Positions 18,295 to 25,929 of a stretch of DNA of 64,000 nucleotides are shown here, piece by piece (position 1 is the first letter of the stretch; every line of letters starts with the position of its first letter). The position numbers were made by a program, and so were the translations under genes. Location of the stretch: positions 2,225-66,224 of the forward strand of contig DASXSR010000324.1 in NCBI GenBank assembly GCA_036505875.1, given 5' to 3'. Source of the stretch: Blastocatellia bacterium (GTDB lineage: Bacteria > Acidobacteriota > Blastocatellia > UBA7656). Below the pieces are notes generated by a model. The model made no database searches, was not told the origin of the DNA, and saw only the letters and a program-made list of their open reading frames with translations.

Positions 18295-19179
18295 ATGTCC
18301 TCCTTGTTTCAAGTTAATTCCTACGCCAAAATCAACTGGACTCTCGACATACTCTTCAAGCGTGAGGACGGCTATCACGAGCTTCAAACGATCTATCAAA
18401 CTGTTTCACTTCACGACCGACTTCGAATTACCGAGAGCGCCGACGCAATCGAAATAGCTTGCGACGATCTGCGGGTTCCCTGTAATGAGACCAATCTGAT
18501 CTTTAAAGCTGCGACGTTGCTGCGCGAAGCTGCGCGCATTACAAAGGGGGCGCGGATTGAGATCGATAAACGCATTCCCGTAGCGGCTGGGTTGGGTGGC
18601 GGGTCTTCGAACGCCGCAACTACCCTTTTGGCATTGGTCAAACTGTGGCGGCTTGAAATCGATCAACGCGAGCTTACTCGAATCGCTTCGGCGCTCGGTT
18701 CAGACGTGCCCTTCTTTTTGATCGGAGGCACTGCAATGGGTGTGGGCAGAGGCGAACAGGTCCATCCGGTTGAACAGGTTTCCCGCGAACATTTGCTGCT
18801 CGTTAATCCCGGGTTCGCAGTCTCTACTCGCGATGCCTACGAAGGCTACGCGCGGTTGACAAGGCCAGAGCCGGCTTCTATCATGCCTTTTACTTTGCCG
18901 ACCGCTAACGGCGTCCGTGAGCTGCCGCTTGCGGCGAGAAACGATCTCGAAGAGGTTGTGCTCGCCAGCTACCCAGAAATCGCGGAAGTCAAACGCCGGT
19001 TGATAGCCGCAGGTGCAAGGCACGCGGTGATGTCCGGCAGCGGCGCAACTGTCTTTGGGGTCTTTGATAATTCGCAGGTTACCGAGCGAGCCGAGTCCGA
19101 GATGCGCGCGCTCGGTTACTGGACTGAGCGTGTGCGAACGGTTGACCAACAGGAGTATCAGGCCACGATCTTCTCGTGA
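18295..19179 (+). CDS. ispE: 4-diphosphocytidyl-2-C-methyl-D-erythritol kinase
   Basis: AKINWTLDI...REDGYHEL...IPVAAGLGGGSSNAA (GHMP kinase motif). Conserved ispE-tRNA-Gln-prs-rplY-pth synteny. Confidence 0.9.
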   Translation: MSSLFQVNSYAKINWTLDILFKREDGYHELQTIYQTVSLHDRLRITESADAIEIACDDLRVPCNETNLIFKAATLLREAARITKGARIEIDKRIPVAAGLGGGSSNAATTLLALVKLWRLEIDQRELTRIASALGSDVPFFLIGGTAMGVGRGEQVHPVEQVSREHLLLVNPGFAVSTRDAYEGYARLTRPEPASIMPFTLPTANGVRELPLAARNDLEEVVLASYPEIAEVKRRLIAAGARHAVMSGSGATVFGVFDNSQVTERAESEMRALGYWTERVRTVDQQEYQATIFS

Positions 19180-19245
19180 GCGGAGTCACACGCAAGAGTC
19201 TACCAAGCGGTTTAGCTGGTCTTTCTGGTAACGCGGCGCTTCGAA

Positions 19246-19251
19246 TATAAT
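19246..19251 (+). promoter_or_regulatory. Consensus -10 hexamer upstream of tRNA-Gln
   Basis: TATAAT at 19246-19251, 18 nt before the tRNA 5' end. The -35 region (TTCTGG at 17-nt spacing) is weak. Confidence 0.35.
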
Positions 19252-19268
19252 CCTTGTCAGACTAACAC

Positions 19269-19343
19269 TGGGGAGTCGCCAAGCGGTAAGGCAGCGGCCT
19301 TTGGAGCCGCCATCCGGAGGTTCGAATCCTCCCTCCCCAGCCA
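19269..19343 (+). tRNA. tRNA-Gln (anticodon UUG), CCA encoded
   Basis: Cloverleaf read by hand: acceptor TGGGGAG/CTCCCCA, D arm GCCAAGCGGTAAGGC, anticodon stem GCGGC/GCCGC with loop CT-TTG-GA, T arm GGAGG-TTCGAAT-CCTCC, discriminator G, then CCA. Confidence 0.95.
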
Positions 19344-19359
19344 AATTCGAGAATCGAAG

Positions 19360-20364
19360 ATGGAGGATGGAGGATCGATCCTCGATCCATCCCTCCTCGA
19401 TCGTCTTTCTTGTGGGGGCTGTGTGAACAACATCAAAGTCTTTTCGGGAAATGCGAACCGGCCGCTTGCTGAGGAGATCTGTTTTCACTTGGGGATCGAG
19501 ATCGGCAAGGCGCAAGTCGGGCGGTTCTCCGACGGCGAGTTCAACTTTCAGATTCTGGAGAACGTTCGCGGAGAAGACTGCTTCATCGTTCAACCGACTT
19601 GCCCGCCGGTCGATTCGAACGCGATGGAGTTGCTGATCATGCTCGACGCGTTTAGGCGGTCGTCGGCGAAACGGATCACGGCGGTGATACCGTATTACGG
19701 GTACGCGCGCAAGGATCGGAAGGATCGGCCACGAGTTCCGATCTCGTCGAAGCTCGTGGCGAATCTGATAACGGGTGCTGGAGCGGATCGTGTGCTGTTG
19801 TTCGATTTGCACGCCGGTCAGATTCAAGGGTTCTTCGACATACCGGCTGACCACTTGTTTGCGGCGCCCGTGCTGGTTGGGTACTTCCAGTCGTTGGAAT
19901 TGCGCGACCTCACGGTGGTTGCGCCCGACGCGGGAGGCGTCGAACGAGCCCGCGCTTATGCGAAGCGATTGAGCGCGGAGCTGGCGATTATCGACAAGCG
20001 TCGCGACTACGAGCGACTTGGTGAGGTCGAGGTGCTTCACGTGGTCGGGGATGTCGAGGCACGAACGGCGCTGATCGTAGACGATATGGTGGACACTGCA
20101 GGGACGTTGGTCAAAGCAGCCGAGGCTCTCAAGGAGAACGGCGCAAAAGCGGTGCTTGCTTCTGCTACGCACGCAGTGCTTAGCGGGAATGCGATTCAAC
20201 GAATCGAGGATTCGGTGATCGAGCAGTTGGTGGTGACCAACACTATTCCCACCGAGTCCGCTTGCCGCTCGCCCAAGATTAAATGCCTGAGTGTGGCGAA
20301 GCTGCTGGCTGAGGCGATTTTATCGATACACGACGAGACATCAGTGAGTAAACTGTTTATTTGA
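19360..20364 (+). CDS. prs: Ribose-phosphate pyrophosphokinase
   Basis: [27 protein letters not shown] and [10 protein letters not shown] motifs. ATG 19360 lies inside a palindrome (GAGGATCGATCCTC, 19370-19383) just after the tRNA. GTG 19423 (VNNIKVFSG) matches the usual Prs N-terminus better. Confidence 0.9.
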   Translation: MEDGGSILDPSLLDRLSCGGCVNNIKVFSGNANRPLAEEICFHLGIEIGKAQVGRFSDGEFNFQILENVRGEDCFIVQPTCPPVDSNAMELLIMLDAFRRSSAKRITAVIPYYGYARKDRKDRPRVPISSKLVANLITGAGADRVLLFDLHAGQIQGFFDIPADHLFAAPVLVGYFQSLELRDLTVVAPDAGGVERARAYAKRLSAELAIIDKRRDYERLGEVEVLHVVGDVEARTALIVDDMVDTAGTLVKAAEALKENGAKAVLASATHAVLSGNAIQRIEDSVIEQLVVTNTIPTESACRSPKIKCLSVAKLLAEAILSIHDETSVSKLFI

Positions 20365-20381
20365 AGGAAGCGATTTGATGA

Positions 20382-20451
20382 GTGACTCGTGATGCGTGAT
20401 TCGTGAAGAACCTACTCACGAATTACGCATAACGGATCACGAATCACTTTT
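20382..20451. repeat. Family A heptad-periodic inverted repeat (copy A1), terminator-like
   Basis: Left arm GTGACTC GTGATGC GTGATTC GTGAAGA, loop, right arm TCACGAA TTACGCA TAACGGA TCACGAA TCAC, then TTTT (20448-20451). Lies between prs and rplY. Confidence 0.8.
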
Positions 20452-20464
20452 GGAGTTCTAGGAA

Positions 20465-21142
20465 ATGATCAAGGACATAACAATCAATGCAAAGCCGCGC
20501 GACGGCGTAGGCAAAGGACCGACTCGCAGGCTGCGCGCGCAAGGAATGATCCCGGCCGCAGTCTATGGCGAGGGGGGAGACTCCGTGGCTGTGGCGGTGA
20601 GCGCCAAGGACATCGCGACGATACTGCGCTCGGACACGGGCCACAACACAATTTTCAAGCTCGCGCTGCCGCATGCCGACGGCGAGCCGGCAAATGTGAT
20701 CATCAAAGACTATCAGGTCGATCCTGTACGCGGCCGCTTGCTGCACGCGGACTTGTTTCGATTGTCCATGACGACGGTGACGCGAGTGAGCGTTGAAGTT
20801 GAGCCGGTTGGTGATCCGGTTGGAGTCAAGACCGAAGGAGGCATATTCGAGCTCCAGCTTCGCGAGCTTGATGTCGAATGTCTGCCGGGCGACATTCCCG
20901 AGCACTTGAAGGTGGAAGTGTGGAACCTCCACATCGGAGACCACGTGACCGTCGCCGATTTGATTTATGACCGCGAAAAAGTCAAGGTGCTTGCCGATGA
21001 AAGTCAGATAGTTGCCGGCGTGTTGGCGCCGCGTATGATCGAGGAAGTTGCGCCTGCGGCTGAGGTTCCTGAAGGCGAGGCTGCGCCTGCCGCCGAGCCT
21101 GAAGTAATCAAGAAGGGCAAGGCCGAGGAAGAAGGTCAGTAG
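20465..21142 (+). CDS. rplY: 50S ribosomal protein L25 / general stress protein Ctc (long form)
   Basis: 225 aa. N-terminus INAKPRDGVGKGPTRRLRAQGMIPAVYG... is typical of L25/Ctc. Acidic Ala/Pro/Glu-rich tail. Confidence 0.9.
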   Translation: MIKDITINAKPRDGVGKGPTRRLRAQGMIPAAVYGEGGDSVAVAVSAKDIATILRSDTGHNTIFKLALPHADGEPANVIIKDYQVDPVRGRLLHADLFRLSMTTVTRVSVEVEPVGDPVGVKTEGGIFELQLRELDVECLPGDIPEHLKVEVWNLHIGDHVTVADLIYDREKVKVLADESQIVAGVLAPRMIEEVAPAAEVPEGEAAPAAEPEVIKKGKAEEEGQ

Positions 21143-21205
21143 TCCGTAGTCCGTTGTCCGTAGTGAGCGGGAACGACTACGGACCGCTGACCACGGACTA
21201 AGGAC
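21142..21205. repeat. Family B heptad-periodic inverted repeat (copy B1)
   Basis: Left arm GTCCGTA GTCCGTT GTCCGTA GT, 11-nt loop, right arm AC TACGGAC CGCTGAC CACGGAC TAAGGAC. It fills the whole rplY-pth spacer from the TAG stop to the ATG. Confidence 0.85.
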
Positions 21206-21206
21206 T

Positions 21207-21794
21207 ATGAAGCTGATAGTTGGGCTTGGGAATCCGGGACGCGAATATGAAATGACGCGTCATAACATTGGGTTCTTGCTCGTTGACAACTTATTTGAGC
21301 GGGCCGGGGGTCGCCGCTTTCGCGGTGAAGCAAACGCGAAAGTTGCGGACGTCACGCTCGCTGGCCAGCGAGTGTTGCTGGTGAAGCCGCAGACCTTTAT
21401 GAATTTGAGCGGGGATGCCGTTCGACCGCTAGTTGAGCGGTACACCGACGCGAACGCCGCTGATTTGATCGTCGCTTGCGATGATGTAGCTCTGCCGGTC
21501 GGGATGATCCGCGTGCGAGCGCGGGGAAGCGCCGGCGGGCATAACGGACTGAAGTCGATAATTGAACGGCTGGGTACTCGGGAGTTCGCAAGAGTAAGGT
21601 TTGGTGTAAAGCCCGGCCATCCGGTCGACGATCTTGTTAGCTTTGTGCTTTCGCCGATTCCAACGCGCGGCCGCGACCACTTGGAGCAGATGCTCGATCG
21701 GGGCGCGGAAGCAGTGGAAGTAATCTTGACCGAAGGCGTCGAGCGCGCAATGGCGCGCTTTAATGAACGAGTGAAGAGTGAGAATGGTTCGTGA
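21207..21794 (+). CDS. pth: Peptidyl-tRNA hydrolase
   Basis: MKLIVGLGNPGREYEMTRHNIGF... is the canonical Pth N-terminus. Confidence 0.92.
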   Translation: MKLIVGLGNPGREYEMTRHNIGFLLVDNLFERAGGRRFRGEANAKVADVTLAGQRVLLVKPQTFMNLSGDAVRPLVERYTDANAADLIVACDDVALPVGMIRVRARGSAGGHNGLKSIIERLGTREFARVRFGVKPGHPVDDLVSFVLSPIPTRGRDHLEQMLDRGAEAVEVILTEGVERAMARFNERVKSENGS

Positions 21795-21869
21795 GGCGTG
21801 ATGCGTGATTCGTGAAACGATCGAACAAAATGACGGTTCACTAATCACGTTTCACGGATCACGAATCAC
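21791..21869. repeat. Family A inverted repeat (copy A2), terminator-like
   Basis: Left arm GTGAGGC GTGATGC GTGATTC GTGAAAC, whose first unit contains the pth TGA stop. An 18-nt loop, then TTCACTA ATCACGT TTCACGG ATCACGA ATCAC, followed by TTGTTGTTCTTTCTC. Confidence 0.8.
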
Positions 21870-21969
21870 TTGTTGTTCTTTCTCAAAGAGGTTCTACAAC
21901 GAACCTCCTTGCTCCGGCCTTGGAGACCGGGGCTTTAACCGAAGCGTTGCAAGCTGCGACGGGTAAACA

Positions 21970-22009
21970 ATTTCAAATCTCAAATTTGAAATTTGAGATG
22001 ACGTGAAAT
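21970..22009. repeat. Family C heptad-periodic palindrome (copy C1) in the rpsF leader
   Basis: ATTTCAA-ATCTCAAATTT-G-AAATTTGAGAT-GACG-TGAAAT. The 11-bp core stem is 21977-21987 paired with 21989-21999. Confidence 0.8.
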
Positions 22010-22063
22010 TCGTAACTCGATGTGGTTAGCAACTGAAGTAATCCAAAAGGAGGACACTCTCTA

Positions 22064-22498
22064 ATGAGAGTCTACGAAGTTCTGTTCATAATCGCTCCTA
22101 ACATCGAGGAGAGCGACATCGAGACCCTAATCACTCAACTGAGTGAGGTCGCAACCAACCAGGGCGCCCAGATAGCTAGAGTCGAACGAATGGGCCGCCG
22201 CAGGCTCGCCTACCCCGTTCGGAAATTCAACGAGGGCCATTACGTTGTGCTTACAGTTGAGGGAAGCGGCGCGGAGATTGCCGAGATAGAACGGCGAATG
22301 CGCGTGACCGACGCGGTGATTCGTTATATCACAATCCGGATCGATGAAGACTTGAAGCGCGCCGAAAAATTCCGCGTGCGTCGCGCCGCGCATGCCGCCG
22401 CGGCCGCGAGCACCCGACGCACTCGGCAGACCGAGCCCGTCCTTCCGATAGGCCGGGACGAAGAGGATGGGGAATCTGAAGAGCGGGAGGGAGAATAG
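22064..22498 (+). CDS. rpsF: 30S ribosomal protein S6 with long basic/acidic C-terminal tail
   Basis: [16 protein letters not shown]...[32 protein letters not shown]. Confidence 0.92.
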   Translation: MRVYEVLFIIAPNIEESDIETLITQLSEVATNQGAQIARVERMGRRRLAYPVRKFNEGHYVVLTVEGSGAEIAEIERRMRVTDAVIRYITIRIDEDLKRAEKFRVRRAAHAAAAASTRRTRQTEPVLPIGRDEEDGESEEREGE

Positions 22499-22499
22499 T

Positions 22500-22796
22500 A
22501 TGAGCAGCGAACCCAGAGAGCAGGGGCGCCGCGATGACCGTGGCGGCAGGCAAGGCGGCGGACAAGGCGGGCCTGCGCGACGCTTTGTGCGAGTGCGCAA
22601 GTCGTGCAGATTCTGCGCCGACAAAGTTGATTACATCGATTACAAAGACGGGCGATTGCTCGGCGGTTACATCCCCGAACGCGGGAAGATTCTGCCGCGA
22701 CGAATATCAGGCACCTGCGCGCCGCACCAGCGCATGCTCGCGACCGCAATCAAGCGCGCGCGCAACGCCGCGATTCTTCCGTTCAGCACGGATTAG
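22500..22796 (+). CDS. rpsR: 30S ribosomal protein S18 with Arg/Gly-rich N-terminal extension
   Basis: Start at ATG 22500, 1 nt after the rpsF stop. Core [60 protein letters not shown]. Confidence 0.92.
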   Translation: MSSEPREQGRRDDRGGRQGGGQGGPARRFVRVRKSCRFCADKVDYIDYKDGRLLGGYIPERGKILPRRISGTCAPHQRMLATAIKRARNAAILPFSTD

Positions 22797-22859
22797 TCCG
22801 TAGTCCTTGGTCCGTAGTCCGTAGCTGCAGCTACCGACTATGGACTACGGACCACGGAC
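22796..22859. repeat. Family B inverted repeat (copy B2), 64-nt near-palindrome
   Basis: GTCCGTA GTCCTTG GTCCGTA GTCCGTA GCTG | CAGC TACCGAC TATGGAC TACGGAC CACGGAC. Of 32 positions, 27 are Watson-Crick pairs and 2 are GU. It starts at the G of the rpsR TAG stop. Confidence 0.88.
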
Positions 22860-22880
22860 CAGCTAATGAGGATTTCATCA

Positions 22881-23459
22881 ATGGCACATATGGATGTTTT
22901 GCTTTGCGAAGACGTCGATAACCTTGGGCAGCGCGGGCAGGTAGTGCGTGTGCGCGCAGGGTATGGGCGAAACTATTTGTTGCCTCAGCGGCTGGCGATC
23001 GAGGCCAGCGCCGGGAACAAGCGCATGATCGACGAGCAGCGGCGGCTGCTTGTCAAACGCGAGGATCGCGAGCGCGTGTCGGCTCGAACTGAAGCCGAAA
23101 GGTTGCAGGGGCTCGAGCTGCGTTTCAATCGTCGTGTCGGCGAGCACGGAGTATTGTACGGGTCAGTGACGGCGCTTGATGTAGCCGAAGCGCTGAAGGA
23201 GCGCGGAGTGCCGGTTGAGCGCCGCAAGATCGGACTGCGCGAGCACATCAAAGAAATCGGCGAATATGATGTGGCGATCAGGCTACACCGCGACGTGGTG
23301 CCGGTAATCAAGGTAAGTATTCATAAGCTAGGAGAAGAGGAGAAGGCTCTGGAAATGGCTCCAGAAGCCGATTCTGCGGCATCGGAGGGTGTGGGCGTTG
23401 AGGCGTCAACGGAATCAACCGAGGCCGCTGTTGTCGATGCGGGAGCTGCCGAGGAGTGA
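22881..23459 (+). CDS. rplI: 50S ribosomal protein L9 with acidic C-terminal extension
   Basis: Start chosen at ATG 22881, which has GAGGA 8 nt upstream; the track ORF starts at 22866. MDVLLCEDVDNLGQRGQVVRVRAGYGRNYLLPQRLA is the L9 N-domain. Confidence 0.9.
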   Translation: MAHMDVLLCEDVDNLGQRGQVVRVRAGYGRNYLLPQRLAIEASAGNKRMIDEQRRLLVKREDRERVSARTEAERLQGLELRFNRRVGEHGVLYGSVTALDVAEALKERGVPVERRKIGLREHIKEIGEYDVAIRLHRDVVPVIKVSIHKLGEEEKALEMAPEADSAASEGVGVEASTESTEAAVVDAGAAEE

Positions 23460-23477
23460 TAACAACACTGCCGCCGG

Positions 23478-23520
23478 AGAATCTCAGATCTGAAATACTC
23501 GAACTTTGAGATTTCTGATT
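23478..23520. repeat. Family C-like heptad element (copy C2, degenerate)
   Basis: Units GAGAATC TCAGATC TGAAATA CTCGAAC TTTGAGA TTTCTGA. AATCTCA (23480-23486) pairs with TGAGATT (23507-23513). An internal palindrome CAGATCTG is present. Confidence 0.55.
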
Positions 23521-23522
23521 TG

Positions 23523-23549
23523 GCAGCCTCAATGGCTGTTATCTTTTTT
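23523..23549 (+). terminator. Rho-independent terminator after rplI
   Basis: Stem (G)CAGCC pairs with GGCTG(T), with a 5-nt loop, followed by TATCTTTTTTC (six T at 23544-23549). Confidence 0.55.
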
Positions 23550-23712
23550 CGTCGAAGGCTCGACTGACCTTGGTCTTCTTGTTATCATCGCGCGCGGAAT
23601 GCTGAGGGCACAGCGCTCCGCGGTGTAGTTGGTTGCAATCAAAACTCTTAGGTTGTCCCGCTCAAGTCGCACGCCTTACGGAATGGGTTCTCAAACAAAT
23701 ATAGGTTAAGAG

Positions 23713-25059
23713 ATGTCACGAACGGCCATGGGGGGTGATCCTTTTTTTGAGAAGGGTCTTCCGTCCAACATCGAAGCCGAACGATCTATTCTTGGCGCGA
23801 TCTTGCTCGACAGCCAAGTCTGCAATCAGGCGATCGAGCTCCTGCGCCGTGACGATTTCTTTTTGGACTCACACCGTCGAATCTTCGATAAGATGATAGT
23901 CCTCAGCGAGCGAATGACGCCGATCGATCTAGTCACGCTTCGCGAAGAGCTGCAGCGCGCTGGCGAGTTCGAACAGATCGGTGGCGCAACCTACATCGCG
24001 TCGCTGATTGACGGCGTCCCGCGCACCGACAACATCGAACCTTACGCGAGGATAGTCAAAGCCAAGTCGATGCTCCGCAAGCTCATCACCGCGTCTAATC
24101 AAATCGTCGCTCTCGCCTTTGAGGAAGAGGACGAACCCGATGTGATCATCGACAAAGCGGAACAGATGATCTTCCAGATCGCCGAAGATCGCGTGCGGCA
24201 GGGCTTTCAATACGTCGGCGACGTGGCGCATCGAAGGCTGGAGCAGATCGAGCAAATGGCCGGCCGGCCCGAGATGATCACCGGCGTGCCCACAGGCTTT
24301 ACCGACTTTGATCGAATGACCTCCGGTTTGCAGCGGCAAGAGTTGATCGTAATCGCCGGTCGGCCCTCTACCGGCAAGACAGCGCTGGCTTTGAACATGG
24401 CCCAGTACGCCGCAAAGAACGCCAACGTCGTTGGAATCTTCAGCCTTGAGATGTCAGCAGAACAGCTTGTGTCGCGATTGCTCTGCTCGGAAGCGCGGGT
24501 CGATGCGCACCGCCTGCGAACCGGCTATCTTAATCGCGAGGAGTGGGCGCGACTGGCCGACGCGCTGCGGCGATTGTGCGAAACGAAGGTCTACATCGAC
24601 GACACGCCGGGCATCGGAGTGATGGAGATGCGCGCGAAGAGCCGGCGACTCAAGGCCGAGCACGGATTGGACCTTCTGATCATCGATTACCTTCAGTTGA
24701 TGGCTGGGCGAGGGAGAATCGAGTCGCGGCAACAGGAGGTGTCGCAAATCTCGCGCGATCTTAAAGCGCTTGCAAAAGAACTGGAAGTGCCTGTCGTTGC
24801 ATTGTCGCAGCTTTCGCGTGCGCCCGAGCAGCGCACCGAGCACAAGCCTCAGCTTTCCGATCTCAGAGAAAGCGGCGCGATAGAACAAGACAGCGATGTA
24901 GTTGCGTTCATCTATCGCGAAGAACTCTACAACCCGACTGATGAGAATCAGGGCGTGGCCGAGTTAATCATCGGCAAGCAAAGAAACGGTCCGACTGGCA
25001 CGGTTCCACTAGCTTTCCTGAAAGAGTTTACGCGGTTCGAGAATATGTGGCGAGAGTGA
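23713..25059 (+). CDS. dnaB: Replicative DNA helicase DnaB
   Basis: 448 aa. [18 protein letters not shown]-domain, Walker A GRPSTGKT, and LIIDYLQLM...[23 protein letters not shown]. No intein. Confidence 0.95.
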   Translation: MSRTAMGGDPFFEKGLPSNIEAERSILGAILLDSQVCNQAIELLRRDDFFLDSHRRIFDKMIVLSERMTPIDLVTLREELQRAGEFEQIGGATYIASLIDGVPRTDNIEPYARIVKAKSMLRKLITASNQIVALAFEEEDEPDVIIDKAEQMIFQIAEDRVRQGFQYVGDVAHRRLEQIEQMAGRPEMITGVPTGFTDFDRMTSGLQRQELIVIAGRPSTGKTALALNMAQYAAKNANVVGIFSLEMSAEQLVSRLLCSEARVDAHRLRTGYLNREEWARLADALRRLCETKVYIDDTPGIGVMEMRAKSRRLKAEHGLDLLIIDYLQLMAGRGRIESRQQEVSQISRDLKALAKELEVPVVALSQLSRAPEQRTEHKPQLSDLRESGAIEQDSDVVAFIYREELYNPTDENQGVAELIIGKQRNGPTGTVPLAFLKEFTRFENMWRE

Positions 25060-25131
25060 TGCGTGATTCGTGATGCGTGATCCGTGACGCGAGACTGTCC
25101 GATCACGGATCACGCATCACGAATCACGGAC
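25056..25131. repeat. Family A inverted repeat (copy A3), perfect 25-bp stem
   Basis: Left arm GTGATGC GTGATTC GTGATGC GTGATCC GTGACGC, loop, right arm GATCACG GATCACG CATCACG AATCACG. Positions 25063-25087 pair perfectly with 25103-25127. The first unit contains the dnaB TGA stop. The element ends 12 nt before the mutM ATG. Confidence 0.92.
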
Positions 25132-25140
25132 AACTCTCCT

Positions 25141-25929
25141 ATGCCCGAGCTCCCCGAGGTAGAAAGCCAACTCCGCTATTTTCGCAGCACTGCTTTAGGC
25201 CAGTGCGTCGAGCGAGTCAGGATCACCTCTCCGAACATCATAAAAAAGCCCGCTGCTCAAGCGTTCGCGCGGGGGTTGCGCGGGCGATGTTTCCAACAGG
25301 CATCGAGACGCGGCAAGTACTTAATTGTCACCCTCGACAATCGCCGAACGATGATTCTGCATTTTGGAATGGGGGGTGATCTCGGCTACTATACGACCGC
25401 CAGGGACCGTCCGGAATATACGCGCCTTGAGTTCATTCTCAAGAACGGCTGGCGATTGGCATTCACTTGCCCGCGGAAAATCTGTCGCGTGATGCTGGTC
25501 GATAAACCCGACGACGTCCCAGCTCTTCGAGAGATGGGACCCGAGCCGCTCGGCGAATCTTTCAGCCTCGCGTTTTTCGAGCGCTTGATTGAAGAGCATC
25601 CTCGTCGTCAAATCAAAGCGCTCCTAATGGACCAGAGACTGATAGCCGGGGTGGGAAATATCTACGCGGATGAGATTCTGTTCGAGGCGCGAGTGCGCCC
25701 CGACAGGCTCGCATCGACTTTGAGCGAAGAAGAAATCAAGCGCCTTCATCGCGAGACGCGCCGCGTGCTCAGGCGCTCGATTCGGACGGCGGGCGACGAC
25801 AAGTTCCCCTCGGACTTTTTGTCATTGCGCGCCTCGCGCGGCAAGGGGTGCCCAGTCTGCGGAGGTCCCATCAAGAAGAAAACGATTGCCGGCCGCACGG
25901 CGCATTTCTGCCCTAGATGTCAGGTGTGA
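25141..25929 (+). CDS. mutM: Formamidopyrimidine-DNA glycosylase (Fpg/Nei family)
   Basis: Start fixed at ATG 25141 because Fpg/Nei enzymes need the N-terminal MPELPEVE (catalytic Pro after Met removal). C-terminal zinc finger CPVCGGPIKKKTIAGRTAHFCPRCQ. The track ORF from 25084 merely translates the hairpin. Confidence 0.9.
   Translation: MPELPEVESQLRYFRSTALGQCVERVRITSPNIIKKPAAQAFARGLRGRCFQQASRRGKYLIVTLDNRRTMILHFGMGGDLGYYTTARDRPEYTRLEFILKNGWRLAFTCPRKICRVMLVDKPDDVPALREMGPEPLGESFSLAFFERLIEEHPRRQIKALLMDQRLIAGVGNIYADEILFEARVRPDRLASTLSEEEIKRLHRETRRVLRRSIRTAGDDKFPSDFLSLRASRGKGCPVCGGPIKKKTIAGRTAHFCPRCQV

Noticed and set aside
19269-19343. tRNA-Gln as a possible integration hotspot for a genomic island.
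   Set aside because: It is flanked by the conserved ispE and prs genes. No integrase, direct repeat of the tRNA 3' end, or foreign-looking genes lie adjacent.
19186-20199. 337-aa ORF antisense to prs that also covers tRNA-Gln.
   Set aside because: It overlaps a textbook tRNA and the highly conserved prs frame. It has no recognisable motifs.
20382-25131. Possibility that the short periodic repeats are a CRISPR array.
   Set aside because: The units are 7 nt, directly abutting, and arranged as inverted arms. There are no 25-40-nt repeats separated by unique spacers, and no cas genes.
25077-25379. ORFs and N-terminal extensions that translate the hairpins (RDARLSDHGSRITNHG, MIRDLKRHASRITRHESRVIRHG, HESLFTF...).
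   Set aside because: These peptides arise from reading the right arms of family A repeats. The true starts (MPELPEVE at 25141, MSKQ at 55457, MYRK at 54104) lie just downstream.
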